Origin: Candidatus Daviesbacteria bacterium RIFCSPLOWO2_01_FULL_39_23
GTDB lineage: Bacteria > Patescibacteriota > Microgenomatia > Daviesbacterales > UBA10151
NCBI GenBank assembly: GCA_001776935.1
Contig: MFDN01000001.1
Location: forward strand, 293,449-357,448
Direction: 5' to 3'
Length of the DNA stretch: 64,000 nucleotides
Part shown: positions 19,441-28,864 of the stretch, piece after piece
How positions within the stretch are numbered: the first letter of the stretch is position 1
Layout of the letters: each line of letters begins with the position of its first letter
Translations under genes and position numbers: made by a program
Notes under the pieces: generated by a model
The model's input: only the letters and a program-made list of their open reading frames with translations
Told to the model about the DNA's origin: nothing
The model's database searches: none

Positions 19441-20565
19441 TTAGTGGCTGGAAAGAGGCACCTGGTATTTAGAAACCTGTGCAGTAAATAGTGTCTGATT
19501 CGTCGAAGATTTAGAATTCAATAAAGACTTGTTTACATCTTCTAGATGGTCATCGCATTTCTTCTCTGGTAAGAATGACGCTCCGTTAGTCTTGCTTCGC
19601 AATAGATGTGCTGGGATATAGTTCGAAGGCTTTTCGGTTTCAGCGTGACACTGCTCTGAACAGGATTGATCTGCCGAACATAGAAAATAGGCAGAAGTTT
19701 CCATTGAATTTGTGTGAAAAGCACTAACGGGGGTTTGAAGTAAAAACCAACTCACGAGAACAAATAAAAAAGTTGTAAGTAAGCTAACTATTGATAGTCT
19801 AAGCTTACATTTTGTTCCCGGATCTATCAGTCGATGAATTCTTATTTCAAAATAATCAGGACCGGAAGCATTAGAGACTGTTGCTAAATTTAGATCCGGT
19901 GCGGCTAAGATTTTTTTGAGTGCACTACGGAGAAATATTGATTTTTGTTGATGGCTTATTGTCCATTGGTCTGCTAAAAGTTCATTAATTGCCTCTATGT
20001 TTTTATGAAGTTCCCTGAAAATAGGCAAGAAGAAAAACATTGAAGAAAATGTTTTTCCTATAAGAACTTTAATCGGATCCCGGCTTATCAGATGAGATTG
20101 TTCATGGAGTAAAACTGCTTCCAATTCTTTATCTGTCAAGGATTTTACAAGACCTGTGCTTACCACAATGAAAGGAGAAAAAATACCGCAACAAAAAGAA
20201 AACAAATTTTTATCTTTAACTAAAATAACTTTTTTTGTGAGATTTAAAGCCACTAAAGTTTTTGCTAAGTCTGAAGAGATGGTAATCTTTTTTATAAGCA
20301 ATCGTCTTAAAAAAATGCGAGTTTTAATAAGTTGTATCAGGAAAGACAAAAAGCCTATTCCTAAAACCGCCCCAACTGCCAAAATAAGCGTATTAGGAAG
20401 CGAGCGGGGGATTTCGAGCATGATGTTGGAAATAAATTTTTGGCACAAGAATAAGGTCTTTGAAGTAAATAGAGGGGAAGCTTTATATAGAAGAGTAGTT
20501 ATAACTAGACTGACAGTTAATGCAGAAAGGATGAGTGCATAAAAGCTAATGTTAATTCTTTTCAT
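19441..20565 (-). CDS. M56 (BlaR1/MecR1-like) membrane metallopeptidase without a penicillin-binding domain
   Basis: AVLLHEQSHL, ELLADQ and IRIHRL motifs. The C-terminal tail is LCSADQSCSEQCH instead of a PBP sensor. Confidence 0.85.
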   Translation of the reverse strand: MKRINISFYALILSALTVSLVITTLLYKASPLFTSKTLFLCQKFISNIMLEIPRSLPNTLILAVGAVLGIGFLSFLIQLIKTRIFLRRLLIKKITISSDLAKTLVALNLTKKVILVKDKNLFSFCCGIFSPFIVVSTGLVKSLTDKELEAVLLHEQSHLISRDPIKVLIGKTFSSMFFFLPIFRELHKNIEAINELLADQWTISHQQKSIFLRSALKKILAAPDLNLATVSNASGPDYFEIRIHRLIDPGTKCKLRLSIVSLLTTFLFVLVSWFLLQTPVSAFHTNSMETSAYFLCSADQSCSEQCHAETEKPSNYIPAHLLRSKTNGASFLPEKKCDDHLEDVNKSLLNSKSSTNQTLFTAQVSKYQVPLSSH

Positions 20566-20591
20566 ATCAATCTTAAACGGTAAAGTCTGTT

Positions 20592-20978
20592 TTAACCTTC
20601 GCTTAGTTTTTTTAACAGATCTTGTCGTTTCTTTGGACTGATTTTTTGAATTTCTTTTATAAAATGAGCAAGTACCTCTTCTCCTAGGGTTGAAACTGCT
20701 GATGAAAAGATACCATGAACAGCTTTTGCGACAAATTGTTCTTTAGAAACTTTAGGTTTATACAGGTAGCTTGGCCCACTCATGTGTCTTACCAGGACAC
20801 CCTTATTTACAAGTCTTGCCATGATAGTCATCACAGTTGTATAAGCAATCTGGCGTCTTTTGCTTAAAATTTCAGTCACACTTTTGACTGAAACTGCACC
20901 CTTTTGACCCCAGATAATTTCCATTACCTCGGATTCCAGATCACCTAAAACCTTACCGGTAACACGTTTCTTGTTCAT
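20592..20978 (-). CDS. blaI: BlaI/MecI/CopY family repressor
   Basis: LGDLESEVMEIIW...IAYTTVMTIMARLVNKG. No C-terminal CopY CxC motifs. Confidence 0.9.
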   Translation of the reverse strand: MNKKRVTGKVLGDLESEVMEIIWGQKGAVSVKSVTEILSKRRQIAYTTVMTIMARLVNKGVLVRHMSGPSYLYKPKVSKEQFVAKAVHGIFSSAVSTLGEEVLAHFIKEIQKISPKKRQDLLKKLSEG

Positions 20979-20998
20979 ACTACTAACTATTGTAGTAT
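20977..20998. promoter_or_regulatory. BlaI-type operator (site 3, autoregulatory)
   Basis: TACTAActattGTAGTA at 20981-20997, adjacent to the blaI start. Confidence 0.7.
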
Positions 20999-21029
20999 CT
21001 TACTCTACATTTAGTCAATTAAAGCATAT

Positions 21030-21719
21030 CTACAATAAGTCTTTTTTCTTCTCTTCAAATTCCTTTTTGTCAATTTCTCCTCTAGCATAACGCTCTTTGA
21101 GAATATCTAGAGAGCTTTTGTCTCCTTTACCTTGTCCAGACCGAGCAAGATAACGGATTAAAGTTACTACACCAAGAATGATAAGAAGCCAAAAGGCAAG
21201 CATGAAAATCCATCCCAAAACTCCAAAACCACTCCAACCATTACCGCTCCAGCCATTCATCATTCCAAATCCCGGACCCATCATAGAATTGCCACCTCCT
21301 TTCATCATCCACATCATAGGCATAAATCCAATCCCATTTGCAGGGAGTTGGGCATCAGGATCACAGCTGCTTAATCTTTTTCCCATAGCGATATGCATTT
21401 GCTCTTCTCCTTCTTCACCCATCATTTGTATCATCATGTTGTTCATTGCCTCGTGAGATGAACCCATCATCTGGCCCATGAAGTACTCGCCAAGAGATCC
21501 GTATTGATTATCTGTAATATTTTTACATTCAAGCTGCTTAGACTGCAGTTTATCCCAAATTTCTTTGCCTTCTGCTTCCTCACGGGCAGTATGACCATTT
21601 GGGGAAACTGCTGATTGAGAACCTGCTTGTAGCGGGTTTATTGATCCTTGAGCAAAAGTATTAACAGGCTGGATAATAATGATAAGTAGTAAAATAATGA
21701 TAGTAAGGAATTTTTTCAT
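21030..21719 (-). CDS. Met/His-rich exported membrane protein with C-terminal SHOCT domain
   Basis: Signal peptide, MGQMMGSSHEAMNNMM, one TM, then LDILKERYARGEIDKKEF. Confidence 0.8.
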   Translation of the reverse strand: MKKFLTIIILLLIIIIQPVNTFAQGSINPLQAGSQSAVSPNGHTAREEAEGKEIWDKLQSKQLECKNITDNQYGSLGEYFMGQMMGSSHEAMNNMMIQMMGEEGEEQMHIAMGKRLSSCDPDAQLPANGIGFMPMMWMMKGGGNSMMGPGFGMMNGWSGNGWSGFGVLGWIFMLAFWLLIILGVVTLIRYLARSGQGKGDKSSLDILKERYARGEIDKKEFEEKKKDLL

Positions 21720-21747
21720 AAATTGGTGATTGTTATATTGCTAATTA

Positions 21748-21764
21748 TACTACAATAAGTAGTA
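21748..21764. promoter_or_regulatory. BlaI-type operator (site 4)
   Basis: TACTACaataaGTAGTA between the divergent SHOCT and YdcF genes. Confidence 0.72.
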
Positions 21765-21805
21765 GGAGATAAACTACGTTTGTTGCTGGCGTAATAAATA
21801 CGTGA

Positions 21806-22399
21806 ATGAAGAAAAAACTACTTTTTATCTGTTTAGGCTTAATTTCTATAGCAGTAATACTTTATTGGTTAAAGGTCCCACATCTTCTTATTGGTCGATA
21901 TCTTGCTCCCTCAGATAATTTATCCCGAGCTGATGCAATAGTGGTTGTTAGTGGAGATAGTGACCGAATGAGACAAGCGATAGATTTATATAAGCAAGGT
22001 TACGCTCCAAAACTAATCCTCTCGGGTGCTGCAAGAGATGGGATAACCTCGAATGCTTTAGCTATGCATATTGAAGCATCTCAATCAGGAATACCTAACG
22101 AAGCAGTAATTTTGGAAGAAAAAGCAAATAATACCTATGAAAACGCTTTGTACACGAAAGAAATAGTACTTTCCCAAGGAATGCAAAATATTATTTTAGT
22201 TACCTCTCCTTATCATCAAAGGAGAGTATATGAAACTTTTAAAAATGTGTTTAAAGGATCAAAGGTTAAGTTACAAAATAGTCCCTCAATTTATTCCAGT
22301 TGGAAGCCTGATAACTGGTGGAATAGAGAAAGAGAATTACACCTCACTCAAGAGGAAACCATAAAAGTTCTGTGGTCTAGTATTACGGGAAGTTACTGA
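21806..22399 (+). CDS. YdcF/DUF218 family protein
   Basis: ADAIVVVSG, LILSG, NTYENA and LVTSPYHQRR motifs. Confidence 0.88.
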   Translation: MKKKLLFICLGLISIAVILYWLKVPHLLIGRYLAPSDNLSRADAIVVVSGDSDRMRQAIDLYKQGYAPKLILSGAARDGITSNALAMHIEASQSGIPNEAVILEEKANNTYENALYTKEIVLSQGMQNIILVTSPYHQRRVYETFKNVFKGSKVKLQNSPSIYSSWKPDNWWNRERELHLTQEETIKVLWSSITGSY

Positions 22400-22417
22400 T
22401 AGCTTAAGAAGCTTACT

Positions 22418-23395
22418 TCATCTAAGATATTTGTCAAAGAAATCAATAGTCCTCGGTGAAATTACATCCCAGCCCAAATTTCTGAAATTGTGATCCTGAT
22501 CTTCGTATTCAAAATACTCAACAGATTTACCTTCTCTTTTCAGAGCCTCATTTAACTCTTTGGACCATTCCGGCCTTACTTCGGTATCTGCTAACCCCTG
22601 GTGCAGACTGATTGGAGTTGTAATGTATTTTAGATAATTGATCGGTGATACATCTTCAAGATTAGGACTTGAAGGTCCTGGAGTGCCTCTTCTTCCACCA
22701 TAGAAAGCAGCATTATCAGAAGACCTTCCACTGGTTGGTGCCCAAAGAACCAGAGCTTTTACTCTACTTGTGACCTCAATTGTTCTTAAAGATACCTCAC
22801 CTCCCATGCTGTGTCCCCACATACCAATTTTATTTTGATCAGCTTTAGGCAAACTTTTTAGTGAGGCAATCAAATTTAATATATCTATAGCATAATTGGG
22901 ATTGTGTCCTCGTGATCCTAGGCCATCATTTTCCGATTTCCCAAAACCCCGGTAGTCCGAGGCCAAAGTAAGATAACCGTTAGCTGCCAGTATATTGGCT
23001 ATTCCATCTGTGCCGTTACCTGAAATATAAGTGGACTGGTTAAAATAGCCATGGTTTAAAAGAATTACCGAAAATGGACCAACACCCGCGGGAATATTCA
23101 TCTTTCCATAAATTGTTAAATCATCGGAAGGGTAGGAAAAGAGATAGCTGGTGTATAAATTATTGCTCGATATAGTTTCTTCTATTTTAATTTCTCCACC
23201 TTTAAATTCTCTTTTACGCAAATTTTCAATGAATGATTCAGCACCGTTCTCAGCAGTACTCCCTATGTTTTGATTTACCTCCGGATTATTTTGTGCCAAA
23301 GGTAACTTTTTAAAAATATTGCTTTGCCACAACAAAAAAATTATTAATCCTAATATAGTAGCAATTGATAAAATTTTAATAGGTAGTGACTGCAT
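22418..23395 (-). CDS. S9-like alpha/beta hydrolase, membrane anchored
   Basis: GHSMGG nucleophile, D (ADTEV) and H (QDHNF). Confidence 0.85.
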   Translation of the reverse strand: MQSLPIKILSIATILGLIIFLLWQSNIFKKLPLAQNNPEVNQNIGSTAENGAESFIENLRKREFKGGEIKIEETISSNNLYTSYLFSYPSDDLTIYGKMNIPAGVGPFSVILLNHGYFNQSTYISGNGTDGIANILAANGYLTLASDYRGFGKSENDGLGSRGHNPNYAIDILNLIASLKSLPKADQNKIGMWGHSMGGEVSLRTIEVTSRVKALVLWAPTSGRSSDNAAFYGGRRGTPGPSSPNLEDVSPINYLKYITTPISLHQGLADTEVRPEWSKELNEALKREGKSVEYFEYEDQDHNFRNLGWDVISPRTIDFFDKYLR

Positions 23396-23416
23396 GTTAT
23401 AAATGGGCTGAGCTGA

Positions 23417-26400
23417 TTAAACTAAATCTTTGAACTCCAGATGGCCTTTCAAAACCAAACTGTTAGCCAAGTCTTTTGCTGTTTGAACTGCATCTCTACG
23501 TTTTGAAGCTAAAACTGCTTTTATTGTTTCTAGAAGCTCGCCTCTCCAAGTTAGAACTCCCCAGCCTTTCTTATCCTGCTCCACCATCTTCTCTGCACAT
23601 CTGATAATTTCTAGAGGATAATGAGAAGTCATCCTAGGTAACTGCTCAAGAATAAGATGGTCTCCCTCCAGCACACATCCCAATGTTAGAATTTCCAGCA
23701 GTTGCTCTAAAACCCACTTCTCATCAAACTTTCCAGAAGCGAACCACCAGCTAAACCCTGCAAGCTCTTGCACATCTTCTGCCCCCTTTGTGCGTTTTAC
23801 AGTACTCAGCCTATTCTCCCATAATAACTTTATGCGTTTTTTTACTTCTTCCGGAAGGGTCGTGTCTTCCTTGAGGTTACGACCAATAAATTCTACTGCT
23901 TCTGCTCTAAGAGAAACCGGAGCATCTCTAAAGAATTGATCCACTAAACCGCCTTTGGAAAGATTTAATTCTCCAACCCAATAAAAAACCATCAAATGTT
24001 GCGCCAGTCTTTGATCAGGACTTTCTAAATGATGTTTTGTATCGGCATGTTTTCCTGCTTCCTTAAGCGCTCTTTTATACTGTTTTCCTAAGATCCTCAG
24101 TAGCTCTTTGAAAGGTTGAACAAAAATGATATAAGCTTCCCAGGCTGCATCAAAGTATGCTTGCTGTTTCTCATCTATGGGGAAAATGGTATCTTCTTTG
24201 CTAATTACCCAACTTTTATCGAGCCAAGTAAGCGTTCCTAGTTTTTCTCCATAAACTGCCCTAATTGCTAACGAAGAATCTTTCTTTATATCTAAATGGG
24301 TATCCAGTACCTTTAAAAGCTCCGGCGCTTTTGCTTGGAATGACCAACTACCCTGAGCTTCTTTGCTTTCAGATTCTTTCAACCATACGCCATATTGAAT
24401 TGCTGCCAACATCGCATCTCCCCGAGTAGAGTTGATAGCCAGAGTAAGAGGATCTTCATGGGATTTAAGGTATTCTTCTTCGTGTTTTGGAGTAGGATCC
24501 GGATCATTTGTAAGCTTTTCAATAAGCCTCCACGCCTGTTCACGAAGAGATGGTGGTAATTTACCTGCATGTCCACTCATTCCTTCACTCAAAAGTTCGA
24601 CAATTGTATTCCTGCACCAACTCCAGTCAGGATCTTCTCCAAAAGGAACTGTTGGTTTTCTTTTTTCCACCTGGATTGGCTTTGACAGTGCAATTTCGCA
24701 TAGTTCAAGAACAGGTTCCCAATCAAAGCTTTTTCCCTGTTTAAGGGCATCGCGATACCCACCAAGCAGTGATCTTACATAGGTAGGGTCTAGTTTGCCA
24801 AAAGACTGAGTAACCTTGCTCCATTTTTCAGGATCAGAAGCTACTTGTTCGGCGAGTTGTCTCCCAGTTCCCTCTCTTGAACGGTCAAGAGGATCGTTTG
24901 CCGGAGGCTCCCATTTCTCAAGAAACTCTACAACTTTTTGAGGCTCCATTTCTTTTAACTGTTCCTGAGAAACAGTACTGTTGGGTCCCCAGCTTCCACC
25001 ACTAGACCAGGACCTAAAAGAAGGAAATTCTGGTTCTCCCACCAAAGCAACTATCTCGTCAAAATATTTCTTCCACTTGGGATCAATATCCTTAAAAGGC
25101 ATGAGATGATACATTTGCCAGTTCTTAATATACTTTTCAATCTCTGCCTGGGTGGTTTTATGACCATTTTGAGCACGCCATTTTTTATAACTTTCTACAT
25201 CAGCTCCATTCATAATCCAAGACCAAACCTGCTCTTTTTGTTCTTTGTTTAGTAGACTTCCATGAGCCTCTGCCAGGAGGAAATATTCATGGGTAACTCT
25301 AGACTCTCCTTGAAATTCCTCCTTATTCAGTAATTCCTGAGCAATTTTTTCCTCGGCACCTTTGGGAAAAAGCCTAAGCAAGTGAAGGGATAAACGCTTG
25401 AAAATGCTCAACTTCTTTGACTCAAGTTCTTTTACCATTACTAAAATCTGATCCGGATGAGAGCGCAAGAATTGCTCACAAGCATCCCTAAGCCCTGTAA
25501 CCAGCAGGTCTCTTACTCCAAATTTATGGTTTTGGGAGTTGTCTTCAATGGCAGGTCTCCAGATATAGGAATAATCATCCTTTGAACCTGATTTTCTTCC
25601 CTCATCTGAAAGATTTACATAGTCCTGGATTAAATCGACCAAGACTTTTACTGCCTCCATGCCGGTTTGATCAACAAACCCTGGGTAATTTTCATTAAGA
25701 ATCTTCTCGTAGTGCCAGTCATCAAAGAAGGCTATCGGATCATGAGAGAAAGTATGACCCTCTATTACAGTCGGTTTTCGAGGATCTGGTTTAACAGCCA
25801 ATACTTTCCTTGCCAGGGTAAGTGCTTCGCTTGAAAATCCTTCTTTAGCCAAATAAACTATGAGTGCTCCATATTTTTCTGGATGAAACCAAGAGTTAAT
25901 TTGATCTAACTTGCTGTAAGATTTCTCAACGATTTGGATGGACATTTTCCCAGGCAGGTTTAGTGCTACCTCAAGCAACTCCGCCTGCGTCCTGATGTTA
26001 TCCGTTTCTATTCCCAAACAAATCTCCAAAACCTTCTTCTGCGCAGAGGGGATCTTGGACATCTTGACCAGATAAGTCAGCTGTGGCCAATAAGGATAAC
26101 TTATACCACCATCCGGATGCTCAAGAGGAGGGGTGGGATCATCGAAGAAGCCTTTCTCTAATAAAGTATTCAGACAGTCTGGTTTATCAAGCCGTTCAAA
26201 AAAGTAGCCTAAAGTAACAGCATTACAAGGTATTTTTTGTTTAAACTCATCCAAATCTTTCTTGGCAATAGCAGGTTTTACAAGTAACTTATCTAAGTAA
26301 TCAACATAATGAACGAAGTTTTTTTCAACGACGTCAATTAAGAAGGCAAACAATATTTGGACCTTATCCCAAAGATAGTCAAACTGCTCATCTGCTGGCC

Positions 26401-26803
26401 TCACCGATAATAGCCCCCTCCTATGCGCCCACCGATGTAGAGCCACATTATCTTTACTTTTGGCTATATCCATCCAAAGTTGAACCGGTTCTTGGTCAGC
26501 CTTTATCTTATAAGTCCGGAGCACCTTTTTAATCTTCTTTTCATTTTTACCATTACCTCTGGGCTTGTAATCAGCAGGAAGTAAAACAGTGGTGAGATCG
26601 CCCAAGATTTCTCTAAGCAAGTGTCCTATCAAGTGAGTTTTTGATTCCAAATCCGCGTCGCCATAGTAAATCTTGCAAGCATCTTTATAAAACGAGGCTG
26701 TAGCCTCGCCGACTCCACGCTTCAAGCCCTCATATACCTTGGTGTTACGAGGATCCTGAAAACTGAACTGCTTAATTTGTTTTAACTTTGGACGAGATGC
26801 CAT
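23417..26803 (-). CDS. Large alpha-helical protein with HEPN-like N-terminus, putative anti-phage protein
   Basis: N-terminal HLLRE...LHRWAH, internal DYSYIWRPAIED..QN, long helical-repeat body. Family assignment by eye. Confidence 0.45.
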   Translation of the reverse strand: MASRPKLKQIKQFSFQDPRNTKVYEGLKRGVGEATASFYKDACKIYYGDADLESKTHLIGHLLREILGDLTTVLLPADYKPRGNGKNEKKIKKVLRTYKIKADQEPVQLWMDIAKSKDNVALHRWAHRRGLLSVRPADEQFDYLWDKVQILFAFLIDVVEKNFVHYVDYLDKLLVKPAIAKKDLDEFKQKIPCNAVTLGYFFERLDKPDCLNTLLEKGFFDDPTPPLEHPDGGISYPYWPQLTYLVKMSKIPSAQKKVLEICLGIETDNIRTQAELLEVALNLPGKMSIQIVEKSYSKLDQINSWFHPEKYGALIVYLAKEGFSSEALTLARKVLAVKPDPRKPTVIEGHTFSHDPIAFFDDWHYEKILNENYPGFVDQTGMEAVKVLVDLIQDYVNLSDEGRKSGSKDDYSYIWRPAIEDNSQNHKFGVRDLLVTGLRDACEQFLRSHPDQILVMVKELESKKLSIFKRLSLHLLRLFPKGAEEKIAQELLNKEEFQGESRVTHEYFLLAEAHGSLLNKEQKEQVWSWIMNGADVESYKKWRAQNGHKTTQAEIEKYIKNWQMYHLMPFKDIDPKWKKYFDEIVALVGEPEFPSFRSWSSGGSWGPNSTVSQEQLKEMEPQKVVEFLEKWEPPANDPLDRSREGTGRQLAEQVASDPEKWSKVTQSFGKLDPTYVRSLLGGYRDALKQGKSFDWEPVLELCEIALSKPIQVEKRKPTVPFGEDPDWSWCRNTIVELLSEGMSGHAGKLPPSLREQAWRLIEKLTNDPDPTPKHEEEYLKSHEDPLTLAINSTRGDAMLAAIQYGVWLKESESKEAQGSWSFQAKAPELLKVLDTHLDIKKDSSLAIRAVYGEKLGTLTWLDKSWVISKEDTIFPIDEKQQAYFDAAWEAYIIFVQPFKELLRILGKQYKRALKEAGKHADTKHHLESPDQRLAQHLMVFYWVGELNLSKGGLVDQFFRDAPVSLRAEAVEFIGRNLKEDTTLPEEVKKRIKLLWENRLSTVKRTKGAEDVQELAGFSWWFASGKFDEKWVLEQLLEILTLGCVLEGDHLILEQLPRMTSHYPLEIIRCAEKMVEQDKKGWGVLTWRGELLETIKAVLASKRRDAVQTAKDLANSLVLKGHLEFKDLV

Positions 26804-26944
26804 AAAAATATCCTTGTTAAGGGTAGATGATAAAGAATTTTTCTATCAGTCTCTGTCCTTAACTTCAAGAGTAATTATACTCGAATCTCTTTAATTTTGA
26901 CCCCGCAGTTTTGTAACAAATGCTAGAAAATGACAGAAATGTTA

Positions 26945-27067
26945 TTGATGTTATTTGTCTGCTTCCACTAGGATGAAAGCATAAGAAGTTAGCGCCTAAC
27001 GAAACTATCGGGGCTGTGACTTTTGAATATACGCTATGCGTGTGCTTAGAAGTTGCAGCCTTTTTTT
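26945..27067 (+). promoter_or_regulatory. Putative promoter plus attenuator-like leader of the virion operon
   Basis: TTGATG (26945), N18, TAGGAT (26969), followed by overlapping alternative stems and a 23-bp terminator. Confidence 0.55.
27012..27067 (+). terminator. Long G-U-rich intrinsic terminator
   Basis: GGCTGTGACTTTT-GAATATACGC-TAT-GCGTGTGCTT-AGAAGTTGCAGCC followed by T7. Confidence 0.75.
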
Positions 27068-27085
27068 ATTTATAACAGGAAAAGT

Positions 27086-27412
27086 ATGGACGATATGCAT
27101 ATGAAACAAAATAAACCGCACATGTCAGATCAAGAGCAAAATTCTCATAATGAAGATAAAAACGACTCCTCCCAATCTAGTGAAACGCAGGTTTGGGATA
27201 AAGTAGATGCTGTTTTTGTAGCAGCCCGCAATGCCCTTTATCAAGGACAGTCCAATTTCCTGGAAGTTTTGGACAGTCTTATTGCTACCCTTCAAGATAT
27301 GAGAGAAAACGAAGTCCGCCCTTTGGGTGGTTTAGGTACCGCAGAATCCAAAATGAAAATTCAGGAGCCATCTGAGTCAGAAGAAGAAATTCCTGAGGAT
27401 CAAAATACATGA
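27086..27412 (+). CDS. Acidic phage hypothetical protein with PLGGLG motif
   Basis: First gene after the leader terminator. Start at ATG 27086. Confidence 0.6.
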   Translation: MDDMHMKQNKPHMSDQEQNSHNEDKNDSSQSSETQVWDKVDAVFVAARNALYQGQSNFLEVLDSLIATLQDMRENEVRPLGGLGTAESKMKIQEPSESEEEIPEDQNT

Positions 27413-27663
27413 TGGATACAGTTGATGAAAAGCTTGAACGAAGCAGAGCTGTTTGGGAAATGACCCAGACTGAAGGATGGCAAATCATTAAAGGGTTGAT
27501 CGATCGGGAGATAGAAATTGAGACTAATGATTTACTGGAGTGTCCAGTAGCAGAAGATCTTGAGCATAAACAAATGATCAAAGCATATAAAAGAATTTTA
27601 AACACTGTTGAGAGCTTACTTAAAGAACGTGAGGAAATTTCTAAAGATTTACAAAAAGAATAA
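27409..27663 (+). CDS. Small phage protein (Bbp19-like, normally adjacent to the portal gene)
   Basis: MTQTEGWQIIKGLI helical pattern and position before the scaffold gene. Confidence 0.5.
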   Translation: MMDTVDEKLERSRAVWEMTQTEGWQIIKGLIDREIEIETNDLLECPVAEDLEHKQMIKAYKRILNTVESLLKEREEISKDLQKE

Positions 27664-27692
27664 ACAAGTTTGTTACTTACGTAATAACAAAT

Positions 27693-27893
27693 ATGCCATA
27701 CGGACCAGAAACAACAAACAAAGATGGAACTCTCAATGAAGTAGGCCAAAAGGTCGAACGTTGTGTAGCTCAGGTAATGAAGGATCCAAATTTTAAACCT
27801 AAAACAGGACAAGATAAAAAAGAAGCCGCTATCGCAGTTTGTAAAGCTTCAATTATTCGTGCAGAAGAAGTTAATAAACAATTGCAAAAATAG
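27693..27893 (+). CDS. Small phage hypothetical protein
   Basis: MPYG...KVERCVAQV...AAIAVCK, in operon. Confidence 0.6.
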   Translation: MPYGPETTNKDGTLNEVGQKVERCVAQVMKDPNFKPKTGQDKKEAAIAVCKASIIRAEEVNKQLQK

Positions 27894-27904
27894 GAGTAAA
27901 AACT

Positions 27905-28825
27905 ATGGAGGATGATAAGTTAAAAGACAAAGAACAGGAAGAATTAAGAGCACTGCTGGATACCCCAGATGAGGGTACTTTTTCAGATGAAGATGATCAG
28001 GATAATAAAGGCGATCAGGATGAAGATAAAAGTTCTTCTGAATACGATGACACTGGTGATGATACTTCTTCCAAGAACACAAAAAACAATCCTGAAGCTG
28101 GTAATGGTTCTGAAGATAATAAAGATAAAGCTAAAAGCGATACCGCTTCCGGCGAGGAGGATGAAGATAAGGACAATAAAGACCGCTGGCATGGTAAAAG
28201 CAGAGAGGAAGTTATAAAAGCTTATGAGTCTTTGGAAGCTCGTATCATTGCTTTGGAAAATAAGGCTGATTCAGAAAATAAAACTGACAAGGACGACACT
28301 GCCACCGACGAGAAGGCAGACGAGAAAACCGAAAGCGATGAAAACGAAGATAATAATCCTGGGATTCCCTCTGCTGATGAACTTCAAAAAATGACTCCGA
28401 CTGATTTTGCAAAATGGGTTTTGGGACGAATTGACGAAGGAGTCAAGCGCACTATCGAAACGCAGGAGAAAATCCGTGATGCTGTTCATCAGGAAATTTC
28501 TGATGCCAGGAAAGAGCATCCACTGCAAGATCCCGACTATCGAAAAATGGTCCTGGCAATTATTGATTCTGCCAGCGCTAAGGGGACAACTATTCCACTC
28601 AAAGATGCCTGCAGCCAAGTTGATTCCTTCTTAGGCAAACATAAAGGACAATCCGAAAATTTATCAGACGAAGAAAAGAGCCGCCTTAAAAAAGCAAAAG
28701 CTCAAGTTGAGAGTGGAGCGGGCGCTCCGACTCAACCCGATGGCTCGGATGCCGAGACAAAACGCATCCAGAAAGCTCTCGCCGGAAGCGGGTCAAAAAG
28801 CCCATTGGGAGGGTTAGGAATCTAA
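27905..28825 (+). CDS. Capsid scaffolding protein
   Basis: Very acidic and disordered N-half, WHGKSREEVIKAYESLE motif, directly upstream of the capsid gene. Confidence 0.75.
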   Translation: MEDDKLKDKEQEELRALLDTPDEGTFSDEDDQDNKGDQDEDKSSSEYDDTGDDTSSKNTKNNPEAGNGSEDNKDKAKSDTASGEEDEDKDNKDRWHGKSREEVIKAYESLEARIIALENKADSENKTDKDDTATDEKADEKTESDENEDNNPGIPSADELQKMTPTDFAKWVLGRIDEGVKRTIETQEKIRDAVHQEISDARKEHPLQDPDYRKMVLAIIDSASAKGTTIPLKDACSQVDSFLGKHKGQSENLSDEEKSRLKKAKAQVESGAGAPTQPDGSDAETKRIQKALAGSGSKSPLGGLGI

Positions 28826-28864
28826 CCTCCTGTATTTTCAAAAGGAGGGAGGTGAAAAAATATT

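Noticed and set aside
26968-27010. Hammerhead ribozyme (GATGA...CGAAAC)
   Set aside because: The core CTGATGA and the required stems are absent.
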